NCBI GenBank assembly: GCA_000990585.1
Contig: LBQD01000002.1
Location: 1 to 54,015 of the forward strand
Length of the DNA stretch: 54,015 nt
Source of the DNA: Candidatus Moranbacteria bacterium GW2011_GWE2_35_2-
GTDB lineage: Bacteria; Patescibacteriota; Minisyncoccia; Moranbacterales; UBA9337
Direction of reading: 5' to 3'
Part shown: positions 20,306-31,500 of the stretch, piece by piece
Position numbering within the stretch: position 1 is the first letter of the stretch
Layout of the letters: every line of letters starts with the position of its first letter
Translations under genes and position numbers: made by a program
Notes under the pieces: generated by a model
Seen by the model: only the letters and a program-made list of their open reading frames with translations
Databases searched by the model: none
What the model was told of the DNA's origin: nothing

Positions 20306-20333
20306 AATTTCTAATTTCTAATTTCTAATTTCT
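20306..20333. repeat. Tandem heptamer (AATTTCT)x4
   Basis: Four perfect copies directly upstream of the ruvC start; a related degenerate array lies at about 19723-19752. Confidence 0.8.
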
Positions 20334-20390
20334 AAATAATTTCAAAATTAAAAAATCAAAACTTATTTAAAAATTACAAAACTCAAAATT

Positions 20391-21110
20391 TTATGTGATG
20401 TTATCGTATATTTCTTGCACATCATCATTTTCATCCAATTGTTCAAATAATTTTTCATAATCCAATTTTGTGTTTTCATCCAATTCAACTTTTTGCAACG
20501 CGTCATAGACCAATTCGGCGTTTTCCACGGAAATTCCGACTTTTTCCAAATTTTCTTTGACCGCTTTCAATTCAACGGCTTTAGTATAAATCGTCAATAC
20601 GTTGTCCCAATAAATCGTATCTTCTGCTCCGGCCTCAATCGCTTTCATTTCCATTTCATCCAAATTTTCCGAATTGGCGGAAATATTAATATTTCCCACT
20701 AATCTGAAAGAATGCATTACTCCGCCAGCGCTAGCCATTTTTCCGCCGCTTTTTGTGATAATATTTTTTATTTCCCCTAATGTTCGATTTTTGTTGTCAG
20801 TAGCAGTTTTAATCAACATCGCCACTCCGCCCGGACCAAAAGCCTCATATATTATTTCTTCGATTTCCGCTCCGTCCTTAAGCTCTCCGGTTCCCTTTTT
20901 GATTGCCCGTTCAATATTATCTTTGGGCATATTCACCCGCCTTGCCTGTTCAACAGCAAATTTGAGTTTCATATTGGATTCAGAATTGCCACCGCCTTCT
21001 TTAGCGGAAAGGGAAATCAAGCGGCTGATTTTCGTAAAAGCATTTGCCCGCTTGGCATCTTGTGCACCTTTTCGATGTTTTATTCCCGACCATTTGTTGT
21101 GTCCAGACAT
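20391..21110 (-). CDS. yebC: YebC/PmpR family protein
   Basis: MSGHNKWSGIKHRK, NMPKDNIERAI, YEAFGPGG, TDNKNRT, DDVQEIYDN. Confidence 0.95.
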   Translation of the reverse strand: MSGHNKWSGIKHRKGAQDAKRANAFTKISRLISLSAKEGGGNSESNMKLKFAVEQARRVNMPKDNIERAIKKGTGELKDGAEIEEIIYEAFGPGGVAMLIKTATDNKNRTLGEIKNIITKSGGKMASAGGVMHSFRLVGNINISANSENLDEMEMKAIEAGAEDTIYWDNVLTIYTKAVELKAVKENLEKVGISVENAELVYDALQKVELDENTKLDYEKLFEQLDENDDVQEIYDNIT

Positions 21111-21207
21111 AAGCATTATGAAACATAAACCTCATAGTATAAACAAAATATCTTCTGCTATGTGTTTGCATTGTATGTTTTATATTTTCATCCTACCATC
21201 TTTGTCT

Positions 21208-21957
21208 TTATTTTTCAAGGCTTTTTCCTTTTTCCCACGCCAATTCGAAAAGCGGTTTCATCGATCGCACCAACTCTTCCGATTCGATCACTACGATAAA
21301 AGGATTATCTTCCAGCGAAGTAATTGCTAATTTATTATCATAAATTGTAAAGTCCATATGCGAATCCTTGAGCTCAGGTAAAATCCGCACCGTTTGATTA
21401 ACCGCCATAAATTTTTTCGCCAATTCAATTTCATACGGGCTATCCGAAATCAAATGGCGGAAACCTGATTTAATGATTCCTTTTCGGGCTTTTTTTATCC
21501 ATTCATCAATTTTTCCCGAAAATCGGTCGTCAATCCTTTGATAAGAAGAAATAAAAAAAGCCTCTTTTGCGTTGTTCATTTCTCCATCCCAAATACGGAG
21601 GATTCCTTCTTTAGTATCATAATACCTGATTTTCGGTTTCTTGCCGCTTTTATTTCCCAAAGTCCGCAAAATCGGCAACATTTCGGAAAAATTCCGAGTA
21701 ATCCCCCGCAACTGCCCCAAAATAACCAAGGGATCGGTGGCTTGATATGTGTTAATTTTTCGCCCCAAAAGCTCACTCACATATCCCCGCTTGATCAATC
21801 CCTCCAAAAGCACATAAATTATCGGCCGCTTCAAATCGGAAATCTTGGCAATCTCCGTTACATTCCCCTGTCCCAATTCAAGCAAAGCCAAATACACCCG
21901 CGCCTCCTTGCCGGTAAATCCCGATTCTTCAAGTAATTTTATCAAATCTAAATCCAT
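21208..21957 (-). CDS. TrmB family transcriptional regulator
   Basis: GFTGKEARVYLALLELG winged HTH, RPIIYVLLEGL, C-terminal IYDNKLAI...FELAWE. Confidence 0.9.
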   Translation of the reverse strand: MDLDLIKLLEESGFTGKEARVYLALLELGQGNVTEIAKISDLKRPIIYVLLEGLIKRGYVSELLGRKINTYQATDPLVILGQLRGITRNFSEMLPILRTLGNKSGKKPKIRYYDTKEGILRIWDGEMNNAKEAFFISSYQRIDDRFSGKIDEWIKKARKGIIKSGFRHLISDSPYEIELAKKFMAVNQTVRILPELKDSHMDFTIYDNKLAITSLEDNPFIVVIESEELVRSMKPLFELAWEKGKSLEK

Positions 21958-22013
21958 ACTCTTTATTTGTCATTCCCGAAAAGGCGGGAATATAGTCAAC
22001 ATATCTACTCAAC

Positions 22014-22042
22014 AGTTTAACAATTATTTCTGTTTTTGTCAA
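22014..22042 (-). promoter_or_regulatory. Promoter for the TrmB gene
   Basis: TTGACA-17 bp-TAAACT with extended -10 TG. Confidence 0.6.
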
Positions 22043-22112
22043 TATTTTTGATAAATAATCATTTAAAACCCATAATTTCAGCCAATTTATTGGATTTATT
22101 TATATTTTACGA

Positions 22113-22141
22113 TTGACATTTTGCCATAAAAATCATATCAT
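22113..22141 (+). promoter_or_regulatory. Promoter for the divergent two-gene cassette
   Basis: TTGACA-17 bp-TATCAT; AAGGAGG lies upstream of ATG 22201. Confidence 0.65.
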
Positions 22142-22200
22142 CATCTATTCTAGCAATGGAAGGCTGTTTAAAAATTCAATAAATAAAAAGGAGGAAATCA

Positions 22201-22641
22201 ATGAAAGCTATCGCACGCTGGCTAAAAGAATTTTTTATGGAATATATCTTGCCATCTATTTTGGTGATACTGGCCATATTTCTTTTCTCTTGGATATTGT
22301 CTCATTTTAATCCGGCACTTCCAAAAGAAGAAATAATCAAAAAACAACTTACCTACTTTCAAGGTGGGAGTTACGTTTTTGAAAAATTTCCAGATAACGA
22401 GATTTTTATTATTCGCACGAAACCAATGCCGATTCCGGAGCTGGGGCTTGATTTTTCTTTTGCAGAAAGAACAAGCGATGGAATATTGTTTAATGTTTTA
22501 ATTCCTGTCGGGAGAAATTTGGAGCCAAAAGATGAGGTGCTTTTATTTCGGTTTCAAAGCAGAAGAACCGCCTATGCCCAATTCAATGAATTTTTAATCG
22601 CAATACCTAAAAAGAATAACGAGGTGAAAAATCATGAATGA
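22201..22641 (+). CDS. Hypothetical single-TM protein
   Basis: Strong SD (AGGAGG), N-terminal TM, beta-rich soluble part. Confidence 0.75.
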   Translation: MKAIARWLKEFFMEYILPSILVILAIFLFSWILSHFNPALPKEEIIKKQLTYFQGGSYVFEKFPDNEIFIIRTKPMPIPELGLDFSFAERTSDGILFNVLIPVGRNLEPKDEVLLFRFQSRRTAYAQFNEFLIAIPKKNNEVKNHE

Positions 22642-22918
22642 AGATATATTTATCCCTTGGATGCTTCCCATTGTCACTATGGAGGTTTATCTTGTGTGTC
22701 GGATGATAAGAGGGGAAGAAGGGAGTAGCTACTCCTTTTGGATGTTTAAGGCAATGTTTCTTGCCTCGTGCATGATGGGGTTGCTTGTGACAAATAAGGC
22801 TATTAAAAATATGAGCTTAATATTTGAAAATGATCTACTGATTATCGGCACGAGCAGTTGGCTTCTTGTGGCGCTGATGGGATTGATAAAAATTAATTCT
22901 CGCAATCGCAAAAAATAA
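22634..22918 (+). CDS. Hypothetical three-TM protein
   Basis: SD GAGGTG, overlaps the previous stop, hydrophobic. Confidence 0.7.
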   Translation: MNEDIFIPWMLPIVTMEVYLVCRMIRGEEGSSYSFWMFKAMFLASCMMGLLVTNKAIKNMSLIFENDLLIIGTSSWLLVALMGLIKINSRNRKK

Positions 22919-22926
22919 GATCTTTG

Positions 22927-22966
22927 CAAAAACGGACAACCAAAAAAATCCGCTGTCCGTTTTTTA
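22927..22966 (+). terminator. Intrinsic terminator
   Basis: aaaaacggaca ... tgtccgtttttt stem with T tail after the cassette. Confidence 0.6.
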
Positions 22967-23128
22967 TTTTTCAAAAAAGACACCTTTAAAGGTGTTTGAG
23001 AAAAAATTAATTGAGTTTTAGTTAAAAAAACTTGTCAAATATACGCATATGCGATTGAAAGACAATTTATTGTTTTAGTGAAATAAAAAAACAGCAGAAA
23101 GGGAAAATGAGATAAGAGAATAGGTATT

Positions 23129-25111
23129 TTAAATGAATAATGAATTCAGGAAAGTGTTTATTTTTTGCAGTAGCTGCTCGAGGAATTTTTTGGCGTAATG
23201 CTCAGAAAAGGCTGTTTTGGCGGTAAAGAAATATTTTCCATTTTCTTGGCGAATGGAAAAATTTTGAATTTTGTCTATATTGAAATCTTCAACCGCTTTT
23301 GAAAGCTTTCGGTGCATCTCCGGACTAATTTCGATTTCGATCGGTTTTTGAGTGATTTTTCCGGCATAAACACTGCTACTGTCTTCATCATTTGTCATTT
23401 TTTGCCCATCATTTTCAGCAATCGGAATTATTGAAACGCTTCCACTACTTTCAGTGGTTTGCGTATTTTTGCTATTTACAGAATTTTTATCATCTTCAAT
23501 TTCATCAACAATCCACTCCCATTTCTTTCCTTTTTCTTTTTGCAAAATACTATTGTTTTTGATGGATTCTTTTTCTTTGTATTTCAAGGAATATGCAACC
23601 TTTCCATCTGGATATCGAAGTTCAATGTAAGCCTCTTTATTTCCAAGAGAAAAATACGAATCTTTTCTTGTGATTCTTCTCTCACCTCCCGATTTTATTT
23701 TAATTGAGTTGTAAATCGGATGATTAACAAGCTTATCCTTTGATGCTCCGCTTGCCACGCTCCATCCTTTCAAATTTACTGTCTTTTTTGAATCATTTTT
23801 CACCGTTATATATTCATTTTCACTGTCCAATCCGGAAGGATTTGGCATAATTTCCACGATTTTCACCTCGCGGCGCGGATATTTTTCAACATTGATTGCA
23901 AAACTTCTTACTATATCCTCGCTTCCGTCAAAAACTTTCACGCTAACAAAATAATTTCCCTCTTTTTCGTATTTGTGCCTAGTTTTTTCCAAATAGCTTT
24001 TGTGTCCATCTCCGAAATCCCAAGCTATTTTCAACTTGTCTTTATCTTTATCTTTTGCCTCCACTTCAAAATCCGCATAAATATTCTTATAAACATCTTC
24101 ATCAATTTTTAATTTTACTTCTGGAAGATTGTTAAATTTATTTTCTTCTCCTGGGGTCAAAAATTTACTCTGCCGCCATTTTTTTCCATCAAAATTCCAT
24201 GAAATGTTTTTATTTGATCCTAAATATTTCATCTTTGAAACTTCTTTTCCATTTGGATTGAAAAGATAAACAGATTCATTTCCAGAATTATTCAATGAAA
24301 ATTTGAAAAATTTTTCGTCATCTTCTTTTTCTTTTTTATAAACAACAAAATAATCGCCAGCTTTTATGATTGAATCATTCGGGAAAACATATTTTCCCGT
24401 TTTTGATTCATCTTTTAATATCCAACCAGAAAGATCCTCATTTTTCTTGGAAAAATTATACAATTCAATATATTCTGTTTTTCCTTTTTCCGGATTAGGA
24501 AAAATCTCGTTAATTTCAATCTCCGAAAAATATTTTTTTGGCTCAGATTTTTTCTCCCCCGGCGTTCCGCCAAGAATCCAACTTTTTTTCCATCTATTAC
24601 CCTTTTCATCCCATTCAATACTATATCCTTTCTCACTATTTTCCGTGCTTTCATATAAAATTTCAGTCTCCCAATTTTTACAACCTTCAAAACTTATCTT
24701 TATCTCTCCATCTTTTTTTAGAGAAAAACTTGAATCTACGATTTTTCCCTCATATTTACATTTTTCCTTTCCTTTGCAAAAATTTTCTTCAAATTGTTTT
24801 TTATCACTAACTACAACAACATATTCATTAGGATCTATTTCCAAATCATCATTGGATTTATGACAAACACCACTGTTTTCAACTATTTTTAAATTTTTCT
24901 TTTCTACTATAATTTTCTTGTCAGAATTATTATAAATTTCAAACCAATCTCCTTTCTGCCCTCCATTAATCGGATCAAACATTATTTCTGTAATAATAAG
25001 TCCTTCATCTTCTGCTTTTATTTTTTGCACACATAAAAAACAAAAAGCGCTAAAAATAAAAATTAGCGCTCCTGTTTTTAAAAATACTTTTTTCTTTTTA
25101 GAAAAAATCAT
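23129..25111 (-). CDS. Secreted protein with three lamin-tail (LTD)-like domains and a PKD domain
   Basis: Signal peptide; three I(T/N/V)EI(M/F)(F/P)(D/N)P...E.Y/KN motifs; WDFGDG..H.YEKEGNY PKD motif. Confidence 0.85.
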   Translation of the reverse strand: MIFSKKKKVFLKTGALIFIFSAFCFLCVQKIKAEDEGLIITEIMFDPINGGQKGDWFEIYNNSDKKIIVEKKNLKIVENSGVCHKSNDDLEIDPNEYVVVVSDKKQFEENFCKGKEKCKYEGKIVDSSFSLKKDGEIKISFEGCKNWETEILYESTENSEKGYSIEWDEKGNRWKKSWILGGTPGEKKSEPKKYFSEIEINEIFPNPEKGKTEYIELYNFSKKNEDLSGWILKDESKTGKYVFPNDSIIKAGDYFVVYKKEKEDDEKFFKFSLNNSGNESVYLFNPNGKEVSKMKYLGSNKNISWNFDGKKWRQSKFLTPGEENKFNNLPEVKLKIDEDVYKNIYADFEVEAKDKDKDKLKIAWDFGDGHKSYLEKTRHKYEKEGNYFVSVKVFDGSEDIVRSFAINVEKYPRREVKIVEIMPNPSGLDSENEYITVKNDSKKTVNLKGWSVASGASKDKLVNHPIYNSIKIKSGGERRITRKDSYFSLGNKEAYIELRYPDGKVAYSLKYKEKESIKNNSILQKEKGKKWEWIVDEIEDDKNSVNSKNTQTTESSGSVSIIPIAENDGQKMTNDEDSSSVYAGKITQKPIEIEISPEMHRKLSKAVEDFNIDKIQNFSIRQENGKYFFTAKTAFSEHYAKKFLEQLLQKINTFLNSLFI

Positions 25112-25124
25112 CTCTCAAAAAAGA

Positions 25125-25535
25125 TTAGACTATTTTTCTTTGGGAAGAAGTTATTCTCAATATCTCGTTAACGACGCCAACCAATTGTTTTGGCGTAATA
25201 TTTGCTTTAACAAAATATTTTTTCGCCCCCAAAGCCAGTGCGGCATCTCTATCACCGTTTTGATTGAGATTGGTCAAAATAATAATCGGAATTTTCGCAT
25301 ATTCATCATTGAAATGAATTTTTTCCAATAAATCAAATCCGTCCATTTTCGGCATTATAATATCCGAAATTATCAAATCAACAGCATTAAAATTATTTTT
25401 AATATGTTGCCACGCCTCTTTTCCATCTTTGGCTATTGCCACATCAAAATTTTCTCTTTTGAAAGCTTGCGTATATATCTCTAAAAGATCATGATCATCT
25501 TCGACAATCAAAATCGTGCGTTTTTTTGTCTGCAT
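25125..25535 (-). CDS. Single-domain response regulator (receiver only)
   Basis: ILIVEDD, DLIISDIIMPKMDG, ILTN, YFVK; start at MQTKK preferred. Confidence 0.9.
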   Translation of the reverse strand: MQTKKRTILIVEDDHDLLEIYTQAFKRENFDVAIAKDGKEAWQHIKNNFNAVDLIISDIIMPKMDGFDLLEKIHFNDEYAKIPIIILTNLNQNGDRDAALALGAKKYFVKANITPKQLVGVVNEILRITSSQRKIV

Positions 25536-25569
25536 AATTTCTTTTTTATTGAAGTTTTCAGGCAAAATA

Positions 25570-28500
25570 CTACATTCCAATATTACTTGTCCAGCTAAAA
25601 ATATTTTGAAAATTATTAGTAATCACCTGAATAATATTTTTTCGATCCTTGGGTGTAAGAACTCCCCTGTCTTGTTCCAATTTTGTATTTCCGGATTTAT
25701 CCACCGCCTTAGCATTGAAATAATAGGCAGTTCCCTGTTCAAGCGTTGTAATAATAGCAGTATGTTTGACAGTATAATTTTCATCCACAACTACTTCTTT
25801 TTTATTACCTCCGATACCTTGACGATAAATAAACATTGTTTTTGCCGGCTCATCAGTATCCCACGAAAGAATCGTTTGCACTTTTCCATTTTGAGTAAGC
25901 GCCGAAGTAGTACGTAAATTACTAATTACAGGAGGATTTTCATCCTTAGCAGTTGTATATTTGTCAATTTCTTTTTCCGTAGTATTACCCTCCTTATCTC
26001 TAACTTTAACTGACAGTTTATAGGTGGCACCGGAATCCAAATTACCAACTTCCAGAGAGTGTTCGGTTTTCTGCTCTGGTGATCCCTGAAAATGCTGTTC
26101 GTCTTCTTTTTCGGAGTTAGTAAGTGTAATAAACGCATCTGTTTCAATACTAGTTCTAAATGAAACCTTGATATTATGCTCGTCTATTGAATCAACCTTG
26201 AAATCTTGCACCTCCGGAGGAGCAGGAGTAGAAAAAGCATACTCGGACGAAGAATAAATATTCGAAGATGAATCTTCTCCTTTAATACGGAAATAATATT
26301 TCGTCCCAGCATCCAAACTGGTCAAGTTTATCGCGTGTGCCTTAGATCGGTCGCCATCTTTGGTAATTTCTTTGTCCATTTCCCTGCTTTTTCCATATTC
26401 CAATTGTGATGTAGTGTTAGCGGATGTTTCCCATGAAATGGTAGCACTATCATAACTCACATCAATCACTTCTACATTAAAGATGTCTGAAACCGCCGAA
26501 GTTGTGAATGTATCTGTATCCGATTGTCCGGTATTTCCCAATGAATCGACACTTTTTACATAAAAAGTATATTTTGTATTAGGAGACAAATCATTAATTG
26601 TAATCTCATGATTAGTAGTAAGAGTGGTTGTGTCTCCTTGATCCTTATAATTTCCTCCTTCCGGCTTATATACAACAACAGAGGTCGCCTCTTTGTCTGT
26701 TTTCCAAGAAACCGTAACACTATTAGACAATGTTTTAGAAACCGAAGCACTGGCAGAAGAAATATCCGGTGCGGTATATGCCCCCGTAATAAACCCTGCC
26801 AAATCCGTATCTTCCGTTGCCGCTCCTAATGTTTTGAAAGTATAATCCCCCGATTCATCGGAATTAGCGGAAGCATCTTTGGAAACAACTTGGTAATGAT
26901 ATGTCGTTCCAGAATCCAAGTCTTCCAATAACACATTATGATTAGTGACCATATCGGTATTTTCAGTCATAGTGCTGGAATAGTTTTCGGTTTTTCCATA
27001 TCTCACCTTTGAGGTTGAAACTTCATTTGTAGTCCAATTGATCAACGCTTGGTTTTTTCCAATCAATACTGCTTGAATACTAGAAATATCCGGCGCTTGG
27101 CTATCAACTCCCTCTCCAAGAGTCGAACATTCTTCAATATCCGACGCGCTCACTCCACCCTCGACATTTTCAGAAATAATCTGATAATAATATTTCACCT
27201 GTGGCAACAAGCTTCCGATAGTAATACTATGATCTTCTTTTTTCTCATCCTCACCTTTTTTAAAATAATCCGCCAAATCATCATCCTCGGAATAAATCAC
27301 ATAAGCATCCGCATCTTCGTCCGTGTCCCATGAAATCGTCAATTGATTATTTCCGGAAGAACAATCCGGACCGTCAGAAATATTCGGACCGGATACCGTT
27401 TCAAAAGTATAATAAACACCTCCATTGTCATACAAATTATAATTTCCATTTTCATCCTGCAATTTTATTTTAAAATAATAGGTTCTTCCTTGACTCAAAT
27501 TTTTCAAATTTATCGAATGAGTGGTTGTAAAAGATTTACTGGAAGATTTTTCTTCATAGTCATCGGAGATAAAATCATCCGTACTATCAGAATAATAAAT
27601 CGAAACTATTGAGTCACTGTCCGAAACCACAGAAATTTCTGCACTATCAGAAGAAGTATCCGAAACGGAATATGTGCTCAATCCCGGAGCGAACGAATCC
27701 GCCAATGATTCCGTCGTAAATTTTATCATCGAACTGTCAGCGGTGTAAAAATATATATCATTATTAACAGAATCAATCAATTTGATTCGGTAATAATAAA
27801 CTTGGTTGGATTGCAGATTTTCCAAATAAAACACGTGAGTGATTGAAGCAGTGTCGTCATCTTTATAATTATCACAGGTATCCACGTCGCTGATTTGACT
27901 TGTTTCATAACAAAGTTTGGCAGTCGTCTGCGTGTTTCCGGAAAAATAAATCACCGCCTCGGTCTCACTGGTCATCAAAACGTTAGCATTAGTCGGATTA
28001 TCAGGAGCAATCAAATCCGGATGATCTTCTTGCTTTGCCAAAGTAGAAAAAGTGAATTCGTCCGATTCGCTTTGGTTTCCATTAATATCTATGGTTTGGA
28101 TTTTGTAAATATACGTAGTGTTTCGGGAAAGATTATCCAAAACCACTGCTCGTTCCATTGTATATGTCTGACTCCAGCTTGGATCATTATATGAATCACC
28201 GGATTCTTTGTGTAAAACCCGACTCACTGCCTTCTTATCGGTTATCCATTTAATTACCGCCTTAGTGTCGGTTTTTATTATCGGAGCGCCAAAAACAGCA
28301 TCGTTTGGAATAATTATTGGAGCCGCCTGATCATTATCCGTTCGAAAATTAAAATAGCGAATCACTCCGCGCTCAGGATTCTTATCCGTATCATTGTCCG
28401 CTTCAACATAAAAATAATATTTAGTATTAACAGAAAGTCCGGAAATATCCACTCGGCAAATCAAAGTATCACCATCACATTCCGCCGACTGATTATCCGA

Positions 28501-31500
28501 CGAAGAAAAATCCGGAACATCACCACTTATTTGACTTGTATAATAAATTTTTGCCGCAGTCGGATTTTCGCTCACCGCCCATCTGACAACTACTTGAGTG
28601 TTATATATTTCCGGAATTATCACACTACTGATTTGAGCGCCTGAATTGGTCGATTCGATCACATCATCCGTATCGCTATTACCATCAAGATTGGAAGATT
28701 TGGCACGAAAATTATACTCGGCTCCGACATCCAATCCAGTAATCACCACTTCATGATATTCTCCCATTGTCGCCACCGTCACCGACGGACTAGTTCCTTC
28801 ATTAATAATGCCGGTAGAATAATATACTTTTGAATCCGAAGCTACACTACTAGTATTCCAAGTCAATTTAACCCAAGTTGTTCCCTTGTCCGCCACCGAC
28901 AAGTTTGTGATACTAGGAGTAGAGGTAATCCCCGATCCTCCTGATCCGTCAGGAATAGTAGAATCAATCGAACTGTAAGATGAAATATTGGCAATATCGT
29001 CCTCACAAGTCAAGCGGTAATAATATCGATGATTTTCATCAACAGTCATATCGACATAATAGTTAATCAGATTATCAATACTTTCATCATAAACCACCTC
29101 TGCCCAATCGGAAACCGCATCCGAATCATTCACTGTATTGACAGTGCTTCCGCGATACAAATGATACTGAACAAAATCATTATTCAAATCGGCATTGACT
29201 TCCCATGAAACAAAAGTTCTATTTTCAATCGGAGTAATATTATCATTGCTGGCGTCCTGCGCTTTTACTCCATTTGGAGTACCTGGAGAATTAGTATCAT
29301 ATACGATCGCATCAGAAGCAGTAGTTGAAATATTTCCATTGGCATCGCGAAATTGTGCATAGACAGTTTTACTTCCATCACCAATAGTTCCTCCATAAGT
29401 CGCGTCAAGAATATCCCATTGGGTTTTTGAAACGGTATAATCTTCCCAGCTTGTCCAGTCGCTACCATTATTTGAAAACCTCATTTGATACCCGCTCTGA
29501 TTATCTTCAGTTGTACTAATAATCAAATTTTCGGTATTATCATTAGTTTTGTTCGCATTTGTTGTTGATGAATCAACCGAGAAAGAATTGATTGTTGGAT
29601 TTTTCGTATCAATAGGAAATCCTGCCACATTCGATTCTCCGGTTCCGACTTGATTGGCGGCATTTCCGTCATTTGCCGAAATCATTATTCTGGCAGATCC
29701 ATAATATACATTCGGCAAATCGGTTTTAATTGTCCAAGAAACAGTTTTTCCACTTCCATTATCAATTCCCGTACCAACATCTCCGGCAGTAGAAACACCC
29801 TTAAACCAAATTGTTTCTCCACTAAGATGACTTGTTAAGCGAGTACTATTGACACCTCGAGTAATGCCGGTCAAATCATTTCCGGATTTTCCGGCATATT
29901 CAATTTGTTCTTTTTCAATTTGAATCGTTCCACTATTTGGCAAATTTGCTGTATTGGAAACAGTAATCGCCGTCGAATCTCCCGCTATCAAATCTTCCTC
30001 AAGAGCTATTCCCAAATCCGCCAAAACGGAAATAGTTTGCGTAGACGTGTCCGAATCCGCAATATCATAGGAAACATTAACAATGCCGAGAGCGTCTTGC
30101 GAAGCAATCACGCTACCAACCAAAGGCGCGACATTTACCACATACTGCAACTCGGCACTGGTTACTGCTGGCGTTTGGTTTCCATTGTCCGTGCTAAGAA
30201 TTATTTTATATTGCATCCATTGATCATCTGTTCCGTCTCCAATATTTATTTCCGCGGGAATAGCACAGCTTACCATTCTGATTCCAGCGCTTACAGATGA
30301 AGAACAATTTATCTCGTCATTGCTTTGAAAATAGCTCGAAGCGGTTCCATCCGGTCCGACAAATCCGGTAGCCGAGGCAGTTTCCGGTGCGTCATTTCCG
30401 TTATTGGTCGGTGCAGTCTGTGCCTGAAATTTGACATTTGTTCCTTGCGGCAATGTCTCCTGCTCATTCCAAATAATTCCAGTAAGTGCATTGGTTTCAT
30501 CATCCGCATTATACCAAGAACCGGTAAGAGTTTGTATTATCGGACTACCGGAAAATCCGGAGATTCTTTCAAATTGAATTGTCACATCACTGAGCGTCGG
30601 AGTTTGCGTTTGATCGGTTGATGACGTAAGTGTCGCTTGATACTGAACATATCGCTCTCCATCCGTCACACAACTATTTGCAGAAATATCCACTCCACTG
30701 GAAACCGCTTCACAACTTGCCCAATCAGTTGCTCCGCTCATATCCGAATTATCGGAGGTTCGCGCTTTCACAGAAACAGATGAACCGAACGGTGTTATAT
30801 TGGCGGTATATGTCAAATCTCCAAAAGAAATATTTCCCAGAGTATCATAGATTGAAGAAATATAACTTCCTGTCATTTGATAATTACTTATATCGACACT
30901 CACATTTACTTGATCCAGTGTCGGCGTATTAGCGCTATCGGGAGTGGTGAGTGTCGCTTCATACCAAAGATACGAATCATTTGGATTGGCGCAAGTGGAA
31001 TTCAAGGCAATAGGAGACGCGCTTCCATCGCAAGTGTCCGCCGCAAAACTCGGCGGAGTTACGGCACTGCTTCCCGATTTGACCTTCACGGTAATATCCC
31101 CGCCATTTAATGTTTCATTCCAAGCAAAAGAATTCCATGTCCTACCAATAGTGCTTCCGGAGGAAACATATGAAACGTAAGTTCCGGAAGAGTTATATCC
31201 AGAAATAGCAGAACAAGCACATAAAATTTGAAATGAGTTAGTGCAAACAGATGTGCCTACAGCCACCCAATCACCAGTAACACTTGGATTATATCCTCTA
31301 TATCCATTCCCTGTCGTAGAAGAAAAGCCACTACAATTATAAATTGAGCCGATACCGGCCCATGTCGACCCGGACCACCAAGATATAGCAAAACCACCAT
31401 CATCAATATTCCCCTGCGCTTTATTCAAGATTCCCCCATTCAACATCGATGCCCAATCATTATCAATTATTGTAAAAGTATTTGTTCCTTTTTTATACCA

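Noticed and set aside
19723-20390. Possible CRISPR array from the repeats flanking ruvC
   Set aside because: The units are 7-nt tandem repeats without spacers, there are no cas genes, and this RuvC is the standard resolvase
20674-21330. 218-aa plus-strand ORF
   Set aside because: Antisense shadow of yebC and the TrmB gene; the many other short ORFs nested in long genes were rejected for the same reason
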